Virus record (IMG/VR): IMGVR_UViG_3300044796_000662
Coordinates: 1 to 64,000 of that record
Strand: one strand, 5' to 3'
Length of the DNA: 64,000 bases
This document shows, piece after piece, positions 56,530-64,000 of this stretch. Position numbers and translations under genes: made by a program. The notes beneath the pieces were generated by a model. The model saw only the letters and a program-made list of their open reading frames with translations. It had not been told where the DNA came from and searched no databases. The number at the start of each line of letters is the position of its first letter. The stretch's first letter is position 1.

Positions 56530-58678
56530 GCCTCGTCAGGAACCTGTCGAGCACGCGCTGCGCGATGATCTTCCGGTCCTTCATGGCCGCGAACAGCTTG
56601 TCGTAGAGCGGCATGATCTCCTTCTCGAAGCGTGCCTGCTCGATGTACTTGGGGTCGTCGTACTGGAGCCACGTGAGCCAGGGGTTGCTCACGCCCTGCC
56701 GTGCGAGCTTCGTGTAGACGTACTGCTCGGTCACGCGCGCCCAGACCTCTGTGGCGCTGTGGTAGTACGTGAGCTTGCGGTTGTCGCCGTCCATCATCTG
56801 CGTGTACCGCTTGGTCGCCTCGGCAAGCAGCTCCGGAGGCACCTCGGACTTGTACTGCGCGTCCAGAGCCTTCGCGTACGGGTGATCCTTGGGCAAGTCG
56901 TAGCGGCTCTTGCCCGTGAGCGTCTCAACGGCCTTGTCCCCGGTGAACTCCATCAAGTTCCCAAGCATGTCCTCCCACCGCTTGTAGTCGGGGGTGTTGC
57001 GGATCGCTTTGAGAACGTCTGACAGCTCGGGAAGAGTCTTGTCGATGTACGCGCGGTTGGACTTGTCGGTCACGTAGTCGAGGGGAACGCCTGTGTTGGC
57101 GACGCCACCTGGACCCGAGTACACGCCAAATTCACGCTTCATCTTCTCCACGTGCTCGGGGTTGTCGCGCGCCGCGAGGTCACGTGACACCATGTCGTCC
57201 AGATAGTGGCTCAGCTCGTGCGCCAGCACACCCTCGTAGTCCTCACCGAACGTCACCCTCGGCTGCCACGTACGGCGATCGTCCCACTGGAAGTAGTGGG
57301 CCTTGGCCATGAAGCTCGATGACCCGCCGAAGTTGAACGCCAGCTTCTTTCCGTGCTTGCCACAGAAGCCCTTGCCGAAGACCGTCTCCAGATCGCTCAC
57401 CGCGCGAGAGACCCGCCCAAGAAGCTCGTGCCGCTTCTCCTCCGGGATGTCATCCGAGAACTCGATCGGCCCCGTGTCATGCCGCGCCTGGAACTCTTCA
57501 GGGGTCGTTGGCTGCCAGGTGAGGGGGACGAGCGGGATGCCCTCTTTGATGGCGATGTTCTTCTGCGCCTCGTCGATCATCCGCTTGATGTCGGTCACGG
57601 CGTCGCCGGTCAGGATGCGGCGGTTCACCGCTTCCTGGATGATGCGCAGGAGCGTGTCGAACGAGCGCGACTTCTCGATGAGCGTCAGGAGTTTCTTGTA
57701 CTCCATCGGCACGCTCTTGGGCTTCACCGGCTTGTCGTCAGGCTTGTTGTCCCTGCGCTTCCGTGATGGTCCCTTGGTACGCTGTACCGCGTACTCAGCG
57801 GACCTGCGTACGTAGTCCGAGACCTGCTTGAGGATCCACTCAGTTGGGCCGTCAGGGTCGTTCTTGGACTCGCGCTTGAGCACCACATCCAGGGGCTCTT
57901 CTTGAGCGGCTCCGGCCGGTGTTCCAGAGCGGCGGATGGTCTCGACGTTGACGCCAGCCTCTCGCTGGACCTTCGCAAGAGCTGCCGCGTTCTCCTTGTA
58001 GAGCTTCGAGCGCGTATCGGCATCGGTCGTCTGCCACGCGTTCATGATCTCGGCACGTTCAGCGGTGAGGCGCTCGACTTCTGCACGCAAGGCGGCCTTC
58101 TGACCCTCGTCCATCTCGAAGAACGCGCCGGGCGTGGTTTCCTCGTGCGGTTCTTCCGAGACCTCCGAAGAGGGCAGCTTGAGGATCTTGCGCAGTAGCG
58201 TTCGAATCGGCGCGGGTACGACCTCAAGACGGATGACGTCCTTGAGCATCTCCTCACGCTCGCGAGACCGCCAACCGTACTGGTCGTCCTCGGAAGGGTT
58301 GTCCTCCCCGATCACGTAGATCGCGTGGCGAATCAGACGGAACACCCTCGCGTCCACGTCCGTGTGCTTCAAGTGCTTCAAGCCGCGCAGGATGCGCACG
58401 ACCGCAACAAGAGCCTGTCGATCTTGCGTGGGACTCAGATGCTCGATCGCCCGGAGCCCTGGCGCTGCAGGCTTTGCACCGGCTCCCAGAGTGCCGTCAT
58501 CGATCGCCTCGCCAAGCACCTTGCAGGCAGCAACGAACTGGCCGTGAAACTGACGGCGCAGAGCGAGGAACTTCCGGATCTCTTTCTCGTCGAAGAAGGG
58601 CGCTGCGACGATCTTGCTCTGCGCGATCACAAGAGCGATGCCGGCTGTGACCGTGGAGACCGCATCGTCCAGGCTCAT
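56501..58678 (-). CDS. large polyvalent-type protein with zincin/LPD1-like domain
   Basis: 'LAFNFG...AKAHY', 'LAHELSHYLD', 'YY....EVWARVTEQYV..KL'. C-terminal 'QRVLDRFL'. Confidence 0.75.
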   Translation of the reverse strand: MSLDDAVSTVTAGIALVIAQSKIVAAPFFDEKEIRKFLALRRQFHGQFVAACKVLGEAIDDGTLGAGAKPAAPGLRAIEHLSPTQDRQALVAVVRILRGLKHLKHTDVDARVFRLIRHAIYVIGEDNPSEDDQYGWRSREREEMLKDVIRLEVVPAPIRTLLRKILKLPSSEVSEEPHEETTPGAFFEMDEGQKAALRAEVERLTAERAEIMNAWQTTDADTRSKLYKENAAALAKVQREAGVNVETIRRSGTPAGAAQEEPLDVVLKRESKNDPDGPTEWILKQVSDYVRRSAEYAVQRTKGPSRKRRDNKPDDKPVKPKSVPMEYKKLLTLIEKSRSFDTLLRIIQEAVNRRILTGDAVTDIKRMIDEAQKNIAIKEGIPLVPLTWQPTTPEEFQARHDTGPIEFSDDIPEEKRHELLGRVSRAVSDLETVFGKGFCGKHGKKLAFNFGGSSSFMAKAHYFQWDDRRTWQPRVTFGEDYEGVLAHELSHYLDDMVSRDLAARDNPEHVEKMKREFGVYSGPGGVANTGVPLDYVTDKSNRAYIDKTLPELSDVLKAIRNTPDYKRWEDMLGNLMEFTGDKAVETLTGKSRYDLPKDHPYAKALDAQYKSEVPPELLAEATKRYTQMMDGDNRKLTYYHSATEVWARVTEQYVYTKLARQGVSNPWLTWLQYDDPKYIEQARFEKEIMPLYDKLFAAMKDRKIIAQRVLDRFLTRLNRSAFAGR

Positions 58679-58756
58679 AGCGGCAGAGGGCTCGTCGGCG
58701 GCCCATCTGTGGTCGTAGGTGTAGTCCACGCCTCTGTAGGTTGAAAAACGGACCAC

Positions 58757-58793
58757 CGGGTTGATTCTGGTCGGGCTCGGGTTGTAGTCCCCT
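58757..58793 (+). promoter_or_regulatory. repeated 37-bp promoter-like element, copy 2
   Basis: 34/37 identical to 2485-2521. Confidence 0.7.
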
Positions 58794-58993
58794 GTGAAGG
58801 ACCACTAACCCACCCAAAGAAGGAGTTTTCCGGGCTTTTTCGTGGGTCCCCTATGCGGGACCTGCGTAACAGACTGGGCCCCGCATGGGCCAGAAGAGGC
58901 CGCCCACCTCCAGAAGCGCTTGCCCCCCTAAGACGAGGGTGTTACCACCACTAGGTGAACTTGCTTAGCCAACCCCCAAACAACAGGAACCAG

Positions 58994-59887
58994 ATGAACA
59001 CCTCGAACGCAGTCACTCAGATCCGTGAGGCCGCCCGCAGCGTGCAGGCGAGCAAGCAGGCGCTCAACGCGAGCACCACCGCCTTCACGCTGGCCGTCAC
59101 CGAAGCCGCCAAGGACCCGAACGTCATGGCGTCCCTCATGCTCAGCATGCTGCTCGGCGAAGACCCCGCAGCGGCGGTCAACGTCTCGACGCCGACGAAC
59201 GGCGAGACCGCTGTCACCGCTCCCGTCATCAGCAACGTCGGCCGCAACGCGACCGTCGCTCGCGAAGATCCGGGCACGCTCCCGGTGCGCCTCGCCTTCA
59301 TCCTCGCCGATGCTGGCGTCGGCAACTCGCTCACCGTCGATCAGGTCATCGAGCAGCTCAAGGTCCGCGGCTGGAAGCCCAAGTCGAAGGATCTGCGCAA
59401 GTACATCGGCGTGATGCTGCCGCACCTGAGCGCCGAGAAGAGCAAGGCCGGCAAGGACATCGCCATCCTGCGCGACAACGGCAGCTACACCATCAACCCC
59501 GACGCGGTGATCTCGATGGGCCGCAAGGGCAACCGCGTCACCGTGACCGTCAAGGATCTCCTCAAGGGAGCGTCCATGCCGAACGCGGCGGCGGTCGCCG
59601 AAGCTCGCGCGGAGGCCACTGCATCGGCCCCGGCCGAGCCGAAGCGCAAGATCGACGTCAAGGGTCGTGCGCTCAAGGCGCTCAAGGGCATGCGCAAGCC
59701 GGTCAGCTTCACGGACATCACCACGGCCGCGAAGGTCGAGTCCAAGAGCTTCCAGATGATCGGCATGGGCTTCATCCGCACCGGCCTGCTCAAGAAGACC
59801 CGCAAGACCGACGAGGCGGGGCGCAAGCTGTTCGAGGTCGTCCACCCGAAGGTCAACGCGGCCATCAAGAAGGTCGCCGCTTCCTGA
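58994..59887 (+). CDS. Ala/Lys-rich putative DNA-binding protein (winged-helix-like repeats)
   Basis: Very strong GC3 codon bias. 'LTVDQVIEQLKVRGW'. Confidence 0.7.
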   Translation: MNTSNAVTQIREAARSVQASKQALNASTTAFTLAVTEAAKDPNVMASLMLSMLLGEDPAAAVNVSTPTNGETAVTAPVISNVGRNATVAREDPGTLPVRLAFILADAGVGNSLTVDQVIEQLKVRGWKPKSKDLRKYIGVMLPHLSAEKSKAGKDIAILRDNGSYTINPDAVISMGRKGNRVTVTVKDLLKGASMPNAAAVAEARAEATASAPAEPKRKIDVKGRALKALKGMRKPVSFTDITTAAKVESKSFQMIGMGFIRTGLLKKTRKTDEAGRKLFEVVHPKVNAAIKKVAAS

Positions 59888-59911
59888 GCGGCGGACCACT
59901 AGAAGGTCGCG

Positions 59912-60232
59912 ATGGAAGGCATCCGCATCGCACCGGGCCAAGTCTTCGTTGACGTAGACAAGCGCAACGTCGGCTTCCGCCTCGTGCAGTTCGAGCGCAC
60001 CTTCTTCGGCCTCGACCGCTACGGCGAGCGCGTCACATACGCTGCCTGCCGTATCCTCACAGCCGGGGGTCGTCCGTGTGACTTCACGGACACCCCCTGG
60101 CTCAAGGGAACAGGTGCGGTCGGACAGATCACGTACATCCGTCTGGATCGTCTCTTGACGCTCCGGTTTTACATCCCGGCTCCGCAGCCGTCGTTCGAGA
60201 TGTTCGAGCAGTTCCACCCACTGGCAGCCTGA
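59912..60232 (+). CDS. hypothetical protein
   Basis: ORF. Confidence 0.55.
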   Translation: MEGIRIAPGQVFVDVDKRNVGFRLVQFERTFFGLDRYGERVTYAACRILTAGGRPCDFTDTPWLKGTGAVGQITYIRLDRLLTLRFYIPAPQPSFEMFEQFHPLAA

Positions 60233-60241
60233 CGTGAACCC

Positions 60242-61126
60242 ATGAGCGAGACCGTGAAACGAGGAACCATCCACTGGTACGGCACGATGCCGGAGTCCCG
60301 TGGGGCAGCATCGGCCCCCGCCTCAGGGGTGGTGGAAATCGGCCACTACCCGAGCGGGGAGCCTGTCATCAACTTCCCCAACCGGGGAGTCCAGGTCAAG
60401 AGACTTCTCCTGCGTCCCATGTCGATGCTCGACCTCATGGGAGGACTGTTCTTCGCCGATGCGCTCCAGGAACGGGGGCAGAGGTTGATCGAACTGGTCC
60501 TGCCGTTCGTCCCCGGCGCGCGGCAGGACAGGATGAACTCCGAAGGGGACTACCTCTTCACGGCGAAGTCCGTCGCGAAGGACATCAACGCCCGGACCTT
60601 TCGCAAGGTCACAGTCCTCGACCCGCATTCGGAGGTGATCTCCGGCATGATCAACCGCTGCTCCATCGTCCACGCCGACGAGTGCGTGCGCTACGGCTTG
60701 GGGCACGGCCTCGTCACCGCCTCGCGCTACACGGCGGTCGTCTCGCCGGACTCGGGTGCCGAGAAGAGGGCTGGCGCCGTCGCGAGGATGCTCTCACTGC
60801 CGATGATCCACGGGTGGAAGACGCGCGACGTCTCCAACGGCAAGATCACCGGCTTCGGACTCGAACGGGCGGACATCTCCGGGCACGTCCTGGTCGTGGA
60901 CGACATCTGCGACGGCGGCGGGACCTTCGTCGGTCTCGCGTCGATCCTGAAGGAGCGGAACCTGAAGGCGGACCTCTACGTCACGCACGGGATCTTCTCG
61001 CAGGGCACCGCGAGGCTCCTGGAACACTACGAGCAAGTGATTTGCACGGACTCCTTGGAGGTAGTTCCCTCGACTGGTGTAGTAGTCCTTCCCGTGAGCC
61101 AGAACCTCTTCGAAGGGACGACCTAA
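60242..61126 (+). CDS. ribose-phosphate pyrophosphokinase-like enzyme (putative ADPR-PP synthase, Adps)
   Basis: 'YPSGE', 'LPFVPGARQDR', 'LDPHS', 'VSPDSGAEKR', 'VVDDICDGGGTF', 'YVTHGIFS'. Confidence 0.9.
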   Translation: MSETVKRGTIHWYGTMPESRGAASAPASGVVEIGHYPSGEPVINFPNRGVQVKRLLLRPMSMLDLMGGLFFADALQERGQRLIELVLPFVPGARQDRMNSEGDYLFTAKSVAKDINARTFRKVTVLDPHSEVISGMINRCSIVHADECVRYGLGHGLVTASRYTAVVSPDSGAEKRAGAVARMLSLPMIHGWKTRDVSNGKITGFGLERADISGHVLVVDDICDGGGTFVGLASILKERNLKADLYVTHGIFSQGTARLLEHYEQVICTDSLEVVPSTGVVVLPVSQNLFEGTT

Positions 61127-61129
61127 ACC

Positions 61130-62647
61130 ATGCGTAGCTGCCTCATTCCCGGAACGTTCGTGCCCGATCCGATGACCCTCATCGACGGGTACAAGTTCGA
61201 CCACCGCCGTCAGTACCCGCCGGGCACGAGCCTGGTCAGCTCGAACTGGACCCCTCGCAGCTCGCGCGTACCGGGGCACAAGAAGGTCGTCTACGCAGGC
61301 GGGCAGTATTTCCGCCAGAAGATCCTCGTCGAAGCCTTCCGTGAGTTCTTCGGCGACAGCGAGAACGCTGCGGCCAAGCGCTACGAGCGGCGCACCAACG
61401 GCTATCTCGGCCCCAACACCATCGGATCGGATCACATCCGGCAGCTTCACCGGCTCGGGTACATCCCGCTCCTGTTCCGTGCCGTCCCCGAAGGCACTGC
61501 GGTGCCCCTGCGTGTGCCGATGGTCACCATCGAGAACACGCACCCGGACTTCGCGTGGATGCCCAACTACTTCGAGACGATCATGTCGTGCGAGCAGTGG
61601 ATCCCCTGCACGTCAGCGACGACTGCTCTCGGGTTCCGGCGCCTCCTCGAAGCGGCGGCCAAGAAGACCGGCAGCCCTCCCGAGTTCGTGGACTGGCAGG
61701 CGCACGACTTCTCCTTCCGGGGCTTGCCTGGCCTCGAAGCCGCGATGCTCTCGGGTCTCGGTCACCTGCTCTACTTCACGGGCACGGACACGGTCCCTGC
61801 ACTCGATCTGATCGAGGACTACTACGGCGTCCCCGATGGGTACCTCATCGGGGGGTCGGTCAACGCCACGGAGCACTCTGTCATGTGCGCTGGCGGCGAG
61901 GGCAACGAGCGGGAGACGATTCTTCGCCTGCTCGACCTCTATCCCGAAGGCATTCTGTCCGTCGTCTCCGACACGTGGGACCTCTGGCATGTCCTCACGA
62001 AGATCCTGCCCGACCCCGAGGTCAAGGCCAAGATCATGAACCGCAACGGCAAGTACGTCACCCGGCCCGACTCGGGCAATCCGGCCAGCATCCTGTGCGG
62101 GATCCCGGGCTCGTACCGCAGCGACTACAACAAAACTCCCGCCGAGAAGGGCGTCATCGAGTTGCTGTGGGAGACCTTCGGCGGCACCGTGACTTCAACG
62201 GGGCACCGCTTGCTCGACTCCCACGTGGGGGCCATCTACGGGGACTCGATCACCCGGGAGCGTGGACAGGAGATCACTAGCCGCCTCGATGAGCAGAGGT
62301 TCGCTTCGGCCAACGTCGTCTACGGCATCGGCTCGTACACGTACCAGTACGTCACTCGCGATACCTACGGTTTCGCGATGAAGGCTACGTACGTCGAGAT
62401 CAACGGCAAGGGCAAGGACATCTTCAAGAGCCCCAAGACCGACGACGGGGTGAAGCACTCCGCCCGCGGTCGCCTCGCTGTGCTCCGGGGCTCGGACGGC
62501 GAGATGCACCTCGTCGAACAGGCGACGCCCGAGCAGGAGGCGATGTCCCTTCTGCGCCCCGTCTGGAAGGACGGCAAGCCGCTCCTGCACGAGACCTTCG
62601 ACATGGTACGCGCAACCGCCAGGCTCGCCCTGGCAGAACCGGCCTGA
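61130..62647 (+). CDS. nicotinamide phosphoribosyltransferase-like enzyme (putative Namat)
   Basis: 'DGYKFDHRRQYP', 'HDFSFRG', 'GTDT', 'ATEHSVMC', 'VSDTWD', 'RPDSG', 'IYGDSIT', 'TRDT.GFAMKAT'. Confidence 0.93.
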   Translation: MRSCLIPGTFVPDPMTLIDGYKFDHRRQYPPGTSLVSSNWTPRSSRVPGHKKVVYAGGQYFRQKILVEAFREFFGDSENAAAKRYERRTNGYLGPNTIGSDHIRQLHRLGYIPLLFRAVPEGTAVPLRVPMVTIENTHPDFAWMPNYFETIMSCEQWIPCTSATTALGFRRLLEAAAKKTGSPPEFVDWQAHDFSFRGLPGLEAAMLSGLGHLLYFTGTDTVPALDLIEDYYGVPDGYLIGGSVNATEHSVMCAGGEGNERETILRLLDLYPEGILSVVSDTWDLWHVLTKILPDPEVKAKIMNRNGKYVTRPDSGNPASILCGIPGSYRSDYNKTPAEKGVIELLWETFGGTVTSTGHRLLDSHVGAIYGDSITRERGQEITSRLDEQRFASANVVYGIGSYTYQYVTRDTYGFAMKATYVEINGKGKDIFKSPKTDDGVKHSARGRLAVLRGSDGEMHLVEQATPEQEAMSLLRPVWKDGKPLLHETFDMVRATARLALAEPA

Positions 62648-62648
62648 C

Positions 62649-63290
62649 ATGCCCCACATTGTCCCTCACGAAGAGACGAACGAGCAGCGGTACAAGCGCC
62701 AGAACAAAGAGCGCGAGGACCGCATCGCCGCCTGCCCCATCAAGGAGACCAACCTCCTGTCGATCAGCCGGGGCACGGACAAGTGCATCTCGTACGTCAC
62801 CCTCGATTGGGGAGATAACGACGACCGCATCACCTGGCTCACGTTCGGTGAGGCGTCCCTTCGCACGAACGATCGCCGGGATGGTCGGTGGAACCTCGAA
62901 GCCCGCATGGGCCTCGGCGCCACGGACCCTGAGCACGACACCGCGTTCGCACTTCGGTTGCCGCTCATCGGCGTCGAGTTCGAATGGGCTGATCACCACC
63001 AGTTCCGGTTCCACGGGTTCGTGGACCCTAGCGCTGGGGAAGGGCGCCACCCGACCTTTCACGTCCCGCTGCCCGGATACAACCCGACCAAGCATCCCAA
63101 GGCCGAGATGTGCGACGGGATCTACAACGAAAAGGCGGGGAAGTATTGCAAGTGGAACGACAAGAAGAAGCACGTCATCGTGCCGGAGGGCTTCTACGTC
63201 CCACCGTTCAACGCTGACCTGTTCAAGCTCGTGGCGGGCCTGCGGGTCTCGATCATCATGGGCAAGAACCACGACAAGGACGACGAGTAG
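62649..63290 (+). CDS. hypothetical protein
   Basis: ORF 1 nt after the NAMPT-like gene. Confidence 0.7.
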   Translation: MPHIVPHEETNEQRYKRQNKEREDRIAACPIKETNLLSISRGTDKCISYVTLDWGDNDDRITWLTFGEASLRTNDRRDGRWNLEARMGLGATDPEHDTAFALRLPLIGVEFEWADHHQFRFHGFVDPSAGEGRHPTFHVPLPGYNPTKHPKAEMCDGIYNEKAGKYCKWNDKKKHVIVPEGFYVPPFNADLFKLVAGLRVSIIMGKNHDKDDE

Positions 63291-63332
63291 GAAATTTGGC
63301 CCTCGAAACCTGAAGCCCGTACGCTCGGGGGC

Positions 63333-63572
63333 ATGAAGGTCACATTCGCTGTCGAACTAGACGTAGACGAAGAACTCCCGGCGTCCGAAGCCCACGACCG
63401 CATGACCGCCCTGCGTGTGCTCGTTCACGTGGCCGCCAAGTCTTGCTTCCAGGGCGTAACTGTGCGACCCATTCAAGCTCAACTGTCCGCTAGGGGAAAC
63501 CATGCTGAAGATCATCCGCGTCCTGCCTCTTGTCCTGTTCACCCTCCTCTTCTCCGGGCTCGGGCAGGCTGA
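63333..63572 (+). CDS. hypothetical protein
   Basis: ORF. Confidence 0.4.
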   Translation: MKVTFAVELDVDEELPASEAHDRMTALRVLVHVAAKSCFQGVTVRPIQAQLSARGNHAEDHPRPASCPVHPPLLRARAG

Positions 63573-63873
63573 CAACAGCTCCGCGATCCTCAAGGCCATC
63601 TCGGAGTGCTTCCACCCGCTCTCGGACTACGTGGACGGGTACATCGGGAGCCCCTACCCGGTGGGCGAGCACACGCGGGCCATGGACGGAAGCCTCCGCT
63701 ACCGTCAGCTCGACAACCACGTGAAGCGGATGCCCTTCCAGCTTCAAGTGCGTGACGTGGACGGAGAGCGCATGTGGCGCGTCGTGCCCGACGACGAGGG
63801 TGACAACGGCCAGTTCGGACCCAGCGCCTCATGCAACATGCGGCAGTGGCATAGCAGCGGATCGGGAAACTGA
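63502..63873 (+). CDS. secreted protein
   Basis: Signal peptide 'MLKIIRVLPLVLFTLLFSGLGQA'. Confidence 0.65.
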   Translation: MLKIIRVLPLVLFTLLFSGLGQADNSSAILKAISECFHPLSDYVDGYIGSPYPVGEHTRAMDGSLRYRQLDNHVKRMPFQLQVRDVDGERMWRVVPDDEGDNGQFGPSASCNMRQWHSSGSGN

Positions 63874-64000
63874 CTGACCTGCTCGATGAACAACTACCTC
63901 GAACGCCGCGAGTTCCGCAGGTACGACCAGAGTACCGGGACTCTCAATCCGCCGCGCACCACAGCCCCGTGCTTCGTCGGACGGCATGACAGGTGTAAAG

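Noticed and set aside
1-64000. Genome-wide TAG reassignment (genetic code 15)
   Set aside because: Recognisable genes are intact under code 11, and several end at TAG at their expected family C-termini (Macro, metallophosphoesterase, dNMP kinase).
1-64000. CRISPR array, rRNA, integrase or transposase
   Set aside because: No regularly spaced repeats or such coding motifs were seen.

Overview
GC-rich, gene-dense fragment that reads as the accessory (non-core) region of a large or jumbo bacteriophage genome. It has short ORFs on both strands, no bacterial housekeeping operons, and no capsid, terminase or polymerase gene. The host is not determinable here; a GC-rich bacterium such as a myxobacterium is only a guess. 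Recognisable genes include a PRS-like + NAMPT-like pair (NARP1-type NAD+ reconstitution), adjacent Macro + NADAR genes, two Nudix hydrolases, MazG, an Acb1-like 2H phosphoesterase fused to a zincin, a zeta-toxin-like kinase, dNMP kinase, DNA methyltransferases, HNH nucleases, two ATP-grasp proteins, two J-domain proteins, a GT51 transglycosylase and a BI-1/YccA membrane protein. The most unusual locus is the minus-strand unit at 21352-23896. A sigma70 promoter fires a leaderless 39-codon leader ORF with two in-frame UAG codons followed by an RGPP arrest-like motif, and this leader overlaps the start of an operon ending in a Pth2 peptidyl-tRNA hydrolase, an HNH nuclease and two tRNAs with CUA in the anticodon loop. 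This is a candidate amber-readthrough-gated translation module. Four window-wide patterns were also found by eye: (i) a YGGTGTA element about 9-13 nt before more than 25 starts, (ii) a YYTRT element 14 nt before a second gene class, (iii) a shared C-terminal tag [TS]A[WH]x[RH]LMxDDEY on unrelated proteins, and (iv) an RVAxR[FY] motif on large zincin/toxin-domain proteins. All family calls are from motif recognition, not database searches.
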